Shown one piece after another: positions 1 through 8,405 of a DNA stretch of 64,000 bases. The stretch covers positions 221 to 64,220 of the forward strand of contig JBCCHI010000004.1 in assembly GCA_039028815.1 (NCBI GenBank), written 5' to 3'. The stretch is from Pseudomonadota bacterium. GTDB taxonomy: Bacteria; Pseudomonadota; Alphaproteobacteria; Rhodobacterales; Rhodobacteraceae. The notes beneath the pieces were generated by a model. The model was not told where the DNA came from, ran no database searches, and saw nothing but the letters and a program-made list of their open reading frames with translations. The translations under genes and the position numbers were made by a program. Numbering within the stretch: position 1 is the stretch's first letter; every line of letters starts with the position of its first letter.

Positions 1-281
1 ACTTTCATCTCGGTGGAACACTGGGGCTCGGGTATCTCAGACTTGACCGGTTTGAAGAGGCGGTCAGTGTTTTGGAACATGCGACATCGCTCGAAGAGGA
101 AAAGACTGCCGGACCAATTGCCCGCTCCGAGGTTTGGGCGGTTCTTGCAAGCGCCTATCGTCAGGCAGGTCGGATGAACGACGCCGAGCGGGCGCTTACG
201 ATTGCAGAAGGCATTGAAAGCGACAAATATTGGGCGAAATTCATCTCCGAAGAACGCGCTTTGCTCAATGAAGCCCAGTAG
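1..281 (+). CDS. TPR-repeat protein, C-terminal fragment (5' end outside window)
   Basis: Frame is open from the window edge to the stop at 279-281. TPR-like helix pairs LGLGYLRLDRFEEAVSVLEHA and WAVLASAYRQAGRMNDAERALTIA. Confidence 0.45.
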   Translation, partial: FHLGGTLGLGYLRLDRFEEAVSVLEHATSLEEEKTAGPIARSEVWAVLASAYRQAGRMNDAERALTIAEGIESDKYWAKFISEERALLNEAQ

Positions 282-330
282 TTTTTCAAAATCAGAACAC
301 TAATTTTCAATCTACGGAACAATGAAGTCC

Positions 331-351
331 GCTTCGAAAATTTTTTGAAGC
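331..351. terminator. AT-rich palindrome GCTTCGAAAATTTTTTGAAGC between convergent genes (possible bidirectional terminator)
   Basis: Self-complementary 21-mer in a visibly AT-rich spacer (282-386) between the stops of the TPR ORF and the 766-aa ORF. Confidence 0.3.
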
Positions 352-386
352 ACTCTTTTCAGATGCCACAAACGTTTGCCCAGTTT

Positions 387-2687
387 TCAGAGCTCCAGAG
401 GCTCTTTGCCCAGGTTGCGCCACTTATCAATGGCTCGCCGCGTCCATTGCGCGTCCGAGTCAAGCGCATCAAACACCATGTAATCTGCAAGATGCATGAT
501 CGCATCCTGCGCGCGCAGTATGGAGCCATCATAGAGTTCCGGCGTTTGCGAAAAGTCCGCATCGGATTGCCCGATCAGACGCAAGTCAAGTTTACGCGAC
601 CGGCACCCTCGCGCCTGAAGCGCCGCAAGCTTTTGCGTCTGTTCCCTGAAGTCGTCCAGACCAAACGCCGCCTGATCCACTGCCTTTAACGCCTGAATGT
701 CCATGTAAGCCGGGCTTGCCGCATTAAGCTCAAGGATCGAACAGGGCCGACCAGTGACGCCCATCCAGGCCTCTGCGATAGCCAAAGCTGCCAGCCGGTC
801 ATAACCGGGTGCGTTGGGTGTCACTATTTCCAGGGCCTTCTGCGGCAAAAGACTGTCCTTTTCTGCAATCTTGTCCAGCAGAGCTTTGGCGGCATCCTGC
901 GAGGGCGCCGATTTCACACCGAGCGGTCCGATGACACCCAACCGCACCACCTTTCGCCAGCAGGACGCTGCCTCAGCAGCTTCCTGACGTTCCAGTCCGA
1001 GGGTCAGCGCGGATTTGACATTGCGCTCGTCCTTGACGGGCTGGTCCACTGGAAGCTCGGCATAGGGCACCATCAACGGGTGCAGCTTCTTTTCATTGTC
1101 TCGTGGTGCCCCTTTGGGGGGCGCCTGATACCCTTCAAGTCGCCGTTCCGCCACCCAGCGGGTGTGTTCTGTACGCGCCAGATCTTCGATCAGCTGCTCG
1201 TCACCCAGCACCTGATTCCCCACGCTTCGTTCAAGCCGCAATCCGGCAAGAGATGTCCCTCCGGTCGGCACAAAACCCGCGGCATAGAAAATCTCCACCG
1301 ATGACATCGCCGCGCGATAACTCGGTCGCCGCATCGCTGTCGGCATGTTTTTCCACAGATTGCCTTCGGTCTTGTCGTCCGCAGGCAGGTTGTCACGCCA
1401 GATACTGTGAATTTCTTCCGCAAGTCCGTTGTAAATCCGCTCAAGCTCGACATCCTCGGCGTCCAGCCTTCGTCCTCCAAACGGAACAATACCACCGGTC
1501 AGATCGTTGAAGGGCTGCGGAGCGATCGAGGCCAGACTGTCACTGCGCATGAAAATTGGCGCTTTGAGACAAAGATGCTGAAGCTGTAGACGGCGCAACC
1601 GCATCGCAATTGCCACATTTCGCGTGTCCTCTCCCGCCGCGACCACGATGGCCGTGAGAGGCAACTCCGCCTCAAGTTTCATCAAATCGGCAGCGCGGTT
1701 CTCTGCGCAGCATTCCAGGCCATCAAGTTCCAGGAACTCGATCTGCAGCCCGTCGGGTCTGAAGTCCGGGTTAAAGAGATCAGGGCGTTCCGCCCTTATG
1801 CGTGCGCAGGCAGCATCTGGCGCCTGGTCGATCACTGTAAGTCGAAGAGCCCGAAGGTTAGGGTGGTGACAGCGCAGCGCCAGTTGTTCGGCCACGGCAA
1901 GATTCACGCTGCCAAGCCCCATCAGTGCAACATGGACGCGCTCTTGGTCTCGGAGGGTCGCAAGTGCAGTCGGAGCCATGCCCGTCACCAGCGCCCGCGC
2001 GATTGTCTCACTGCGTGAAATGAGCGTGGCATGCTCGAAATCATCACCCAGCAGGTGCAAGTCGCGCGCAACCGAATTATCCTCGATCCTCAGAACAAGG
2101 TTTGTTTCCTGGCGTCGTTCAGGCGGCACGCCGGATAACCAGATGCGCGCGCGTTCAACATTGGTGACGGTGTCCGCCGCACCGAAAATCACAGCGTCCG
2201 GCCTTTGGCCCAGACTGGCGCCCGTGGCTGTTCGATCGTTCATGCGATCAACAAGTCTGAGAGTTGGGCGCGACCTTGGCGCCAGCGACGAAAGTGCATC
2301 CTTTGTGTCAAAGACTGTCACGCTTCCCTGCCGAGACGTGTAGTCCAGTGCGAACTCGGAAACCCCGACCATGACCTGATGATGCCTTTTCCGTCTGGCT
2401 CTCAGGCGCTTGACCTGCTCACCAAGAAAAATCGCCGCCACGCCGATCAGGGCAGATATCGTTGTGACCAAGCCCGTAAAACGGGCAGTGGCTGTCAGGG
2501 CATTGGGCGTATGTATGTAGGTTTCATCACCCGTGAACGCCAACAGAGCGAGATAAAGCGCGTCAAAAATCCGCCACTTTCCGGTTTCGCTGAAAAAATG
2601 CTCAGTCCATCCCCACGTTGCGGTCACAAGGGTCGTGGCAGCAAAGATCAAAAGCACCCAAAGTGCGAGCTGACGACTGCTGTTCAA
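387..2687 (-). CDS. Membrane protein: 2-TM channel-like pore module + two Rossmann/RCK-like domains + RyR domain + C-terminal SLOG/YpsA-like domain
   Basis: 766-aa ORF. TTG start lies 5 nt after a GGAGGA SD and overlaps the patatin stop (TTGA). TM1 - FDALYLALLAFTGDETY - TM2 resembles a K+ channel pore. Rossmann-like segments VMVGVSEFAL and VALMGLGSVNLAVAEQL. RyR signature LARTEHTRWVAERRLEGY...KKLHPLMVPYAELP. C-terminal VTPNAPGYDRLAALAIAEA. Confidence 0.8.
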   Translation of the reverse strand: MNSSRQLALWVLLIFAATTLVTATWGWTEHFFSETGKWRIFDALYLALLAFTGDETYIHTPNALTATARFTGLVTTISALIGVAAIFLGEQVKRLRARRKRHHQVMVGVSEFALDYTSRQGSVTVFDTKDALSSLAPRSRPTLRLVDRMNDRTATGASLGQRPDAVIFGAADTVTNVERARIWLSGVPPERRQETNLVLRIEDNSVARDLHLLGDDFEHATLISRSETIARALVTGMAPTALATLRDQERVHVALMGLGSVNLAVAEQLALRCHHPNLRALRLTVIDQAPDAACARIRAERPDLFNPDFRPDGLQIEFLELDGLECCAENRAADLMKLEAELPLTAIVVAAGEDTRNVAIAMRLRRLQLQHLCLKAPIFMRSDSLASIAPQPFNDLTGGIVPFGGRRLDAEDVELERIYNGLAEEIHSIWRDNLPADDKTEGNLWKNMPTAMRRPSYRAAMSSVEIFYAAGFVPTGGTSLAGLRLERSVGNQVLGDEQLIEDLARTEHTRWVAERRLEGYQAPPKGAPRDNEKKLHPLMVPYAELPVDQPVKDERNVKSALTLGLERQEAAEAASCWRKVVRLGVIGPLGVKSAPSQDAAKALLDKIAEKDSLLPQKALEIVTPNAPGYDRLAALAIAEAWMGVTGRPCSILELNAASPAYMDIQALKAVDQAAFGLDDFREQTQKLAALQARGCRSRKLDLRLIGQSDADFSQTPELYDGSILRAQDAIMHLADYMVFDALDSDAQWTRRAIDKWRNLGKEPLEL

Positions 2688-3952
2688 CTGGATCCTCCGC
2701 CTTTGTCTGCACCAAAGATCAGCGTGCCGATATCGGGACCCTGAGCAATAAAGGCCTTCGTGATGTCATACAGTGGAAGGATGACCTCTGGATCATCCAT
2801 GCGTTGAAGACGGCGTATGTCCTTGATTTCCGGTGAAATGCCCAAATTGGAGAGCGCCTCTTGTTCAAGCGGCAGGTCCAGTCGCAGATAGCGGAACAAC
2901 GGCTCTGGCGCCAGCGTATCCTGGGCAAGGTCACCAATCTCGGAATTGACCCTTTGGGGCAAAACAGAATGTCCAAGCCACTGCATCATGGTCAGCGCTT
3001 GCTCTTCCGCATCTCCGGCCATCCCGAGCATCGACAAAAATGCAAGGCGCACCGGTCCCATTCTTGCCGCAGTGCGTGGATCAATGCGTTGACGAAACCG
3101 CCCGGTTCCGATCGAAAGCACGTGGAGATTGTCAATTCCAACGGGCCATTCCAGACCGAAAGCCCGAAGCCTGGCGAGCTTCAGCAGCGCCAGACTGGGG
3201 TCATTGTAGGGCGACAGCCCTCCATCTACAAAAGTCGCCAATTGATCGGTCCCGACATGCACCGGGGTTTGTTCAAAATAGACCGGGGCTGCCGTGGCCG
3301 CCTTGAGAAGCCGCGCCATCTCGTAGTGCCGATTGCCAACGTAGCCGCCATGCGGCGGATCTTCAAAGTAGGGCGACGTCGGAATATTGCTGACAATCCA
3401 CGCGCTTCCTGTGTCTAGTCGTTTGGTGACAAGCGCCACAAAGCTCTGAAATTCCGGATCACCCAGTTTGACGTCACCAATGATCTGTCGGATTTCCGCT
3501 TCGAGTTGCGCGCCGTCATAGACAGGTGCCTGCCCCCAGGCCCACCACCTGCGGCGCCCAAAGAACCTGGTGGCGCGCGTCAGGTAAAAATCCTTGATCG
3601 TGGAAAGTGGCAAACCAAGTGACAGCGCCGTTGCAATCAGTGCCCCGGTCGACGTGCCGCCAATCAGATGAAAGACATCCGCAATACTTGCATCCGGTCC
3701 GTAGCGCTTTTTCACCGCGAGATCGACTTCTTCCAGAAATGCGACCTCTACAATGCCCCGCACGCCGCCTCCCGACAGGGAGAGGATGCGTCGAGGGCCG
3801 GAATCTTGTAGGTTCGGGCACATGGGGGTTTCCAGTTGGACCGGCGTCTGCTTAGCGGTTCGTACCATGCTTGAATCAGCACCGGGTGACAATCTTTCGA
3901 ATAGAAAGCGTTTGGAAAACCTGATCTTGCGACCTGCTGTCCGACCCGGCAT
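2684..3952 (-). CDS. Patatin-like phospholipase
   Basis: Oxyanion motif SGGGVRG, nucleophile elbow GGTSTG (GxSxG), catalytic Asp motif FVDGGL. Start uncertain (ATGs at 3952, 3868, 3823; none has a clear SD). Confidence 0.85.
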   Translation of the reverse strand: MPGRTAGRKIRFSKRFLFERLSPGADSSMVRTAKQTPVQLETPMCPNLQDSGPRRILSLSGGGVRGIVEVAFLEEVDLAVKKRYGPDASIADVFHLIGGTSTGALIATALSLGLPLSTIKDFYLTRATRFFGRRRWWAWGQAPVYDGAQLEAEIRQIIGDVKLGDPEFQSFVALVTKRLDTGSAWIVSNIPTSPYFEDPPHGGYVGNRHYEMARLLKAATAAPVYFEQTPVHVGTDQLATFVDGGLSPYNDPSLALLKLARLRAFGLEWPVGIDNLHVLSIGTGRFRQRIDPRTAARMGPVRLAFLSMLGMAGDAEEQALTMMQWLGHSVLPQRVNSEIGDLAQDTLAPEPLFRYLRLDLPLEQEALSNLGISPEIKDIRRLQRMDDPEVILPLYDITKAFIAQGPDIGTLIFGADKGGGSS

Positions 3953-4035
3953 CGACAGGATGGAACAGCTCTGGAGGGCTCAGATCTCCCGGTCAGTCGT
4001 CGATTGTGACCCTGATCCGGTTAAAGGTGGGTATC

Positions 4036-6267
4036 ATGAAGGTTTGGACACTCGGCATCTTTATCGGACTTCTGGCGTCCCGACTTCTCGCGGACGAGGC
4101 AGCCACATGGGCTTTTGATCCGGGACAAGACACGTTTTCACAGACCGCCATCCTGGATCTGTCGGGCCTGAACGAAGACACTGCAGGCGAAGCCGGATTT
4201 GTCAGACGCTCCCGCGACGGCGCCAACTTTGTTCGCGGAGATGGTTCACCTGTGCGCTTTTGGGCTGTCAACACATCCGTCGCGCAGATGGGGATGCCTG
4301 CCTTGCGCCACCACGCCCGTTTTCTCGCGAAACGCGGGGTGAACATGGTTCGGTTTCACGGCCAGATCCCGCAAGGCGGCAAGACGGGCGGACCGCTGCA
4401 TGCGATCGACGCGACAGAACGCATGCGGCTCTGGATGCTTGTCGCCGCCATGAAGGACGAAGGGATCTACGTGACGTTCAGTCCCTACTATCCACATGCC
4501 GTCCGCGAAGAGGCCGCCCGGCGGTGGAGCTCGCCCAGGGACAGTGCGGGACTGGCCGGTCTGATATACTTTGATCCTGACGTTCAGGATGCCTACAAGA
4601 ACTGGCTGCGGCAAACTCTGACACCGGTGAATCCGCACACCGGTCTGGCGTTGAAGGATGATCCGGCTCTGGCGATCATTCAGATGCAAAACGAAGACTC
4701 TCTTCTGTTCTGGACACTGAACGAAATCGAGGGGCGCGAAGCAGACCTGCTCGGCGCCAGGTTCGGATCCTTCCTGAAAGCAAAATACGGCTCTTTGGAG
4801 CAGGCGAAGATGCACTGGAACAATGCCGGAGCGCCAGGCCCGCTCGACGGCATGGATGACGACTGGGCGCGTGGCGTGATTGCCCTGTCCAATATCTGGC
4901 ATCTCACAGACGCCGCAGGCAAAAGTTCTGCCGAAATCCGGCTGCGCGATCAGGCCGAGTTTCTGACCCTGACCATGCGCGACTGGCATGCCGAGATGGC
5001 CCGCTTTCTGCGCGAAGACATCGGGGCGCCGCAGCTTTTCAATCCGGGAAACTGGCGCACGGCGGACGACATATTTCTCGATGATCTCGAACGCTACGCC
5101 CACACCACCGGCGACGTGGTTGGCGTGAACCGCTATGTCGGAAACCGGCACGACGGCGAACGCCCCGGCTGGGCAATCGTCAATGGCGACCGGTTTCGCG
5201 AAAACGGCCTGCTGAACCGGCCGCTCGATCTGCCGGTCGCGGTAAGGCAACCTGTCGGGCACCCCTACATTGTCCCTGAAACACTCTGGGTTCCGCCGGT
5301 GTGGCAGCAATCCGAGGGGCCTGTTCTGATGGCGGCCTACCAATCGCTTACAGGTGTCGACATCAGCTATTGGTTCGAAACCAACACAGTCCAGTGGCGT
5401 CAACCACAAAGCGCGAACGGCTACCTGCCAAGCATCGGAAAGTGGGTTGTGGCGACACCGCAGATCATCGGGGCTTTTCCGGCTGCGGCATTGATGTTCC
5501 GCAACAGAGCGATCGATACGCCTGATCCCGTTCTCACAGAGCGGCGCGCGCTGGATGACCTCTGGTCCAGGACACGCCCTCTGGCCGCCCCCGGGCAAGG
5601 CAGGGATCCAAACCGTGATACCCCGCTGACGGCGCTCTGGTCAGGTGCCCGGGACATGCCGGAAACTTCGACGATCAGCCCCTATGTCTTTCTCACCGGG
5701 CCGGTTTTGGTCGAATTTGACAGCAGCGCGGCAGATGTCGTTCACCCGAAGCTTGACAGACTGATCAACCCGGAGCAGCGCAGCGTCACCAGCGCGAACG
5801 GGCAATTGCACTGGAACTGGGGCGCCGGCGTTGTGACGCTGGACGCACCGCGTGCACAGGGAGTGATCGGGGCATTGGCCGCGCAACACGAGTTCAGGCT
5901 GCAGGATGTCACGATTGCAAGCCCCGAAGACTATGCCAGTGTGATCGTCGTGCCACTGGACAAGGCACCCATTGCCAGATCCGAACGGTTGCTGATTCAG
6001 ATCGGCAGCATCGCACGGCCAACCGGATGGCGCGCGGATCCTGTCCAACTCGAAGATGGGCCAGCGCTGGAGGTGGTCGACTTTGGCACAGCGCCCTGGC
6101 AGATCAACAGGGTCAGCGCGAACATAACCCTGAACAACAGCGCCGTGTCCCGCGCCACGGTGCTTGACCCAAACGGCATGCCGGACCGTGAACTGACAGT
6201 CCTGCACGGTGACGGCCAGTTGTCTTTTGAGCTGCCGGACGACGCGCTTTATGTCGTTGTTGACTAA
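4036..6267 (+). CDS. Secreted glycoside-hydrolase-like protein (TIM-barrel clan GH-A type)
   Basis: ATG at 4036 preceded by AAGGTGG. Signal peptide MKVWTLGIFIGLLASRLLA. Motifs VNMVRFHG and IIQMQNEDSLLFW (NE acid/base-like). Family assignment is tentative. Confidence 0.6.
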   Translation: MKVWTLGIFIGLLASRLLADEAATWAFDPGQDTFSQTAILDLSGLNEDTAGEAGFVRRSRDGANFVRGDGSPVRFWAVNTSVAQMGMPALRHHARFLAKRGVNMVRFHGQIPQGGKTGGPLHAIDATERMRLWMLVAAMKDEGIYVTFSPYYPHAVREEAARRWSSPRDSAGLAGLIYFDPDVQDAYKNWLRQTLTPVNPHTGLALKDDPALAIIQMQNEDSLLFWTLNEIEGREADLLGARFGSFLKAKYGSLEQAKMHWNNAGAPGPLDGMDDDWARGVIALSNIWHLTDAAGKSSAEIRLRDQAEFLTLTMRDWHAEMARFLREDIGAPQLFNPGNWRTADDIFLDDLERYAHTTGDVVGVNRYVGNRHDGERPGWAIVNGDRFRENGLLNRPLDLPVAVRQPVGHPYIVPETLWVPPVWQQSEGPVLMAAYQSLTGVDISYWFETNTVQWRQPQSANGYLPSIGKWVVATPQIIGAFPAAALMFRNRAIDTPDPVLTERRALDDLWSRTRPLAAPGQGRDPNRDTPLTALWSGARDMPETSTISPYVFLTGPVLVEFDSSAADVVHPKLDRLINPEQRSVTSANGQLHWNWGAGVVTLDAPRAQGVIGALAAQHEFRLQDVTIASPEDYASVIVVPLDKAPIARSERLLIQIGSIARPTGWRADPVQLEDGPALEVVDFGTAPWQINRVSANITLNNSAVSRATVLDPNGMPDRELTVLHGDGQLSFELPDDALYVVVD

Positions 6268-6356
6268 ATCATTCACAACCAAACGAAATCACCTGATACC
6301 GGAACACCGGGCATAGGAACGACGGGCAATGCCAAAGGCGTCGCGCGCGCCCCGGC

Positions 6357-7052
6357 TCAGGACCCGGTGCTGTCGTCTTCGATCCGCGAAAGAAGCGCTT
6401 GTGCAGCCAACTGTTCTGCCTTGCGCTTGGACCCTGCGGTCGCCGACGCGCGCCGTCCATCGGACAGCCGCGCCTCGATCGTGAACTGTGGCGCATGGTC
6501 GGGCCCCTTGCGTGCAAGCTCCACATAGTCGGGCGGGGCATGTCCGCCGGCCTGCGCCCACTCCTGCAAGGCTGTTTTGGCATCTCGCGCATCATCTTCG
6601 ACCGTCCGAATGCGACCGGCCCAGTGACGCTGGACCACCTTCTGCGCCGCATCAAATCCAGCATCGCGATAAACAGCCGCGATCACGGCTTCCATCGCAT
6701 CTCCCAGAACCGCCAGCTTGCGTCGTCCGCCCGACAGCATCTCGGAGCGTCCGAGTTTAAGAACCGCACCGAGATCCAGAGTCTGCGCGACTTCGGCACA
6801 GGCCTCCTTTCGCACAAGCGCGTTGAACCGCGGCGCAAGCTGGCCTTCGTTCGCCTGTTTGTCATGCTCCAGAAGCGCCTCGGCGACCACCAGCCCCAAA
6901 ACACGGTCTCCCAGAAACTCCAGCCGCTGATTGTCGTCTCGCGTACCTGTGCCGCGTGACCCGTGTGTCAATGCGCGCACCAGAAGTTCCGGCCGCTCAA
7001 AGGTATGGCCCAACCGATCCTCGAAAGCTTTCAGCGCACCTGAAAGTTTCAC
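6357..7052 (-). CDS. rnc: Ribonuclease III
   Basis: RNase III signature [17 protein letters not shown] plus C-terminal dsRBD ([11 protein letters not shown]). Confidence 0.95.
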   Translation of the reverse strand: MKLSGALKAFEDRLGHTFERPELLVRALTHGSRGTGTRDDNQRLEFLGDRVLGLVVAEALLEHDKQANEGQLAPRFNALVRKEACAEVAQTLDLGAVLKLGRSEMLSGGRRKLAVLGDAMEAVIAAVYRDAGFDAAQKVVQRHWAGRIRTVEDDARDAKTALQEWAQAGGHAPPDYVELARKGPDHAPQFTIEARLSDGRRASATAGSKRKAEQLAAQALLSRIEDDSTGS

Positions 7053-7059
7053 GCCGCGC

Positions 7060-7890
7060 TCACTGCAGCTTGTGAAAGAACCGGTCGCCGCGCCAGGTCC
7101 AGAAGAACAGCATCGAGCGCCCGGCCGAGGAAAAAATGACCCGATCGGCGCGGCCGATCAGATTTTCGAACGGGACAAACCCCACACCCTGCGCGGTCAC
7201 CCGCGCGCGGCTGTCCTGTGAATTGTCCCTGTTGTCGCCCATGAAAAAGTAATGCCCCTCCGGCACAACAAAGACCCCGGTGTTGTCGGACCCCTGAGGG
7301 CCGATATTGAGGATGTCGTGAGAGCGTCCGTTCGGCAGCGTTTCGATAAAGCGTTCCTTGATGCAGATGGCGCCGATCCCGGCCACTCCGTTCGAGCAAC
7401 GTGGCGTCTTGCGCAACGGCCCTTGCGGTGCGAACACCTCTTCAAAGTAACCGGCCTCCTGCAGCTTCACCGGTTCACCGTTGAGATTCAAAACCCCGTC
7501 AATCATCTGCACCCGGTCGCCCGGCATCCCAATCACGCGCTTGATATAGTCCGTCCCGTTCACCGGATGGCGGAAAACGATGATATCACCCTGCTCCGGC
7601 TCGGTGCCCCAGACACGCGTGTTGTCACCGTCCAGAAAACCGCAGATCTTTTGCGCGTCAATGTTGAGTCCGGGAAGGCGAATGTTCGGGCAGGATGCGA
7701 AGGAATAACCATATGCCATCTTGTTCACGAACAGGAAGTCGCCAATCAGAAGCGTGTCCTTCATGGACCCCGACGGAATCCAGAACGGTTGAAACAGCAC
7801 CGTGCGGAAGATCCCCGCAATAACCAATGCCCAGAAAACCGTCTTCAGTGTTTCCCAGATCGTGCTCGATTTCTTCACGTCGTCGGCCAT
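7060..7890 (-). CDS. lepB: Signal peptidase I
   Basis: PSGSMKDTL (Ser), [11 protein letters not shown] (Lys), [11 protein letters not shown] box. ATG 7890 (MADDVKK) preferred over the TTG at 7944. Confidence 0.9.
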   Translation of the reverse strand: MADDVKKSSTIWETLKTVFWALVIAGIFRTVLFQPFWIPSGSMKDTLLIGDFLFVNKMAYGYSFASCPNIRLPGLNIDAQKICGFLDGDNTRVWGTEPEQGDIIVFRHPVNGTDYIKRVIGMPGDRVQMIDGVLNLNGEPVKLQEAGYFEEVFAPQGPLRKTPRCSNGVAGIGAICIKERFIETLPNGRSHDILNIGPQGSDNTGVFVVPEGHYFFMGDNRDNSQDSRARVTAQGVGFVPFENLIGRADRVIFSSAGRSMLFFWTWRGDRFFHKLQ

Positions 7891-7940
7891 GCCGTCCCTC
7901 CGGAGGTTTGGGCGCTTCATGCGCAGGGCACGGGCGGGTG

Positions 7941-8405
7941 TCAAGCCAAGCGGCGTCGGGGTCCACCTGGCGGTGTGTCCGGCACAGCGCCGCCGGCCGG
8001 ACGCGCTTCGATCACGACAAATGCCTGGGCCCAGGGATGATCGTCGGTGAGGCTGACATGAATGACCGCCTCATGGTCATCGGGTGTCATGGCGGCAAGA
8101 CGCTCTGCTGCCCATCCCGTCACGACCATCACAGGTTGACCGGTGTCCAGATTGCGCACCGACATGTCCTTCCATGCGATCCCCATACGCAGACCCGTTC
8201 CAAGCGCTTTGGAACAAGCCTCCTTGGCGGCCCATCGTTTGGCATAAGTGCCCGCAACGTCCGCGCGTCTCTCTGCCTTTGCCTGCTCGGTTTCGGTGAA
8301 GACGCGGTTGCGAAAGCGGTCGCCGAAACGCTCCAGCGTGCCCGCAATCCGTTCGATATTGGCAAGATCCGTTCCGATACCAAGGATCATTGTACCGCCC
8401 TTCAT
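7941..8405 (-). CDS. acpS: Holo-ACP synthase
   Basis: [16 protein letters not shown]-terminus typical of AcpS. ATG 8405 overlaps the upstream stop (ATGA); alternative ATG at 8390. Confidence 0.9.
   Translation of the reverse strand: MKGGTMILGIGTDLANIERIAGTLERFGDRFRNRVFTETEQAKAERRADVAGTYAKRWAAKEACSKALGTGLRMGIAWKDMSVRNLDTGQPVMVVTGWAAERLAAMTPDDHEAVIHVSLTDDHPWAQAFVVIEARPAGGAVPDTPPGGPRRRLA

Noticed and set aside
387-3952. Reading the patatin pair as a CBASS operon
   Set aside because: No CD-NTase/SMODS cyclase or Cap accessory genes are adjacent, and the patatin protein has no obvious extra sensor domain. It is kept as an unclassified candidate instead.
4246-5598. 450-aa ORF on the minus strand
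   Set aside because: It is antisense to the glycoside-hydrolase-like gene, which has a signal peptide, an SD and GH-like motifs.
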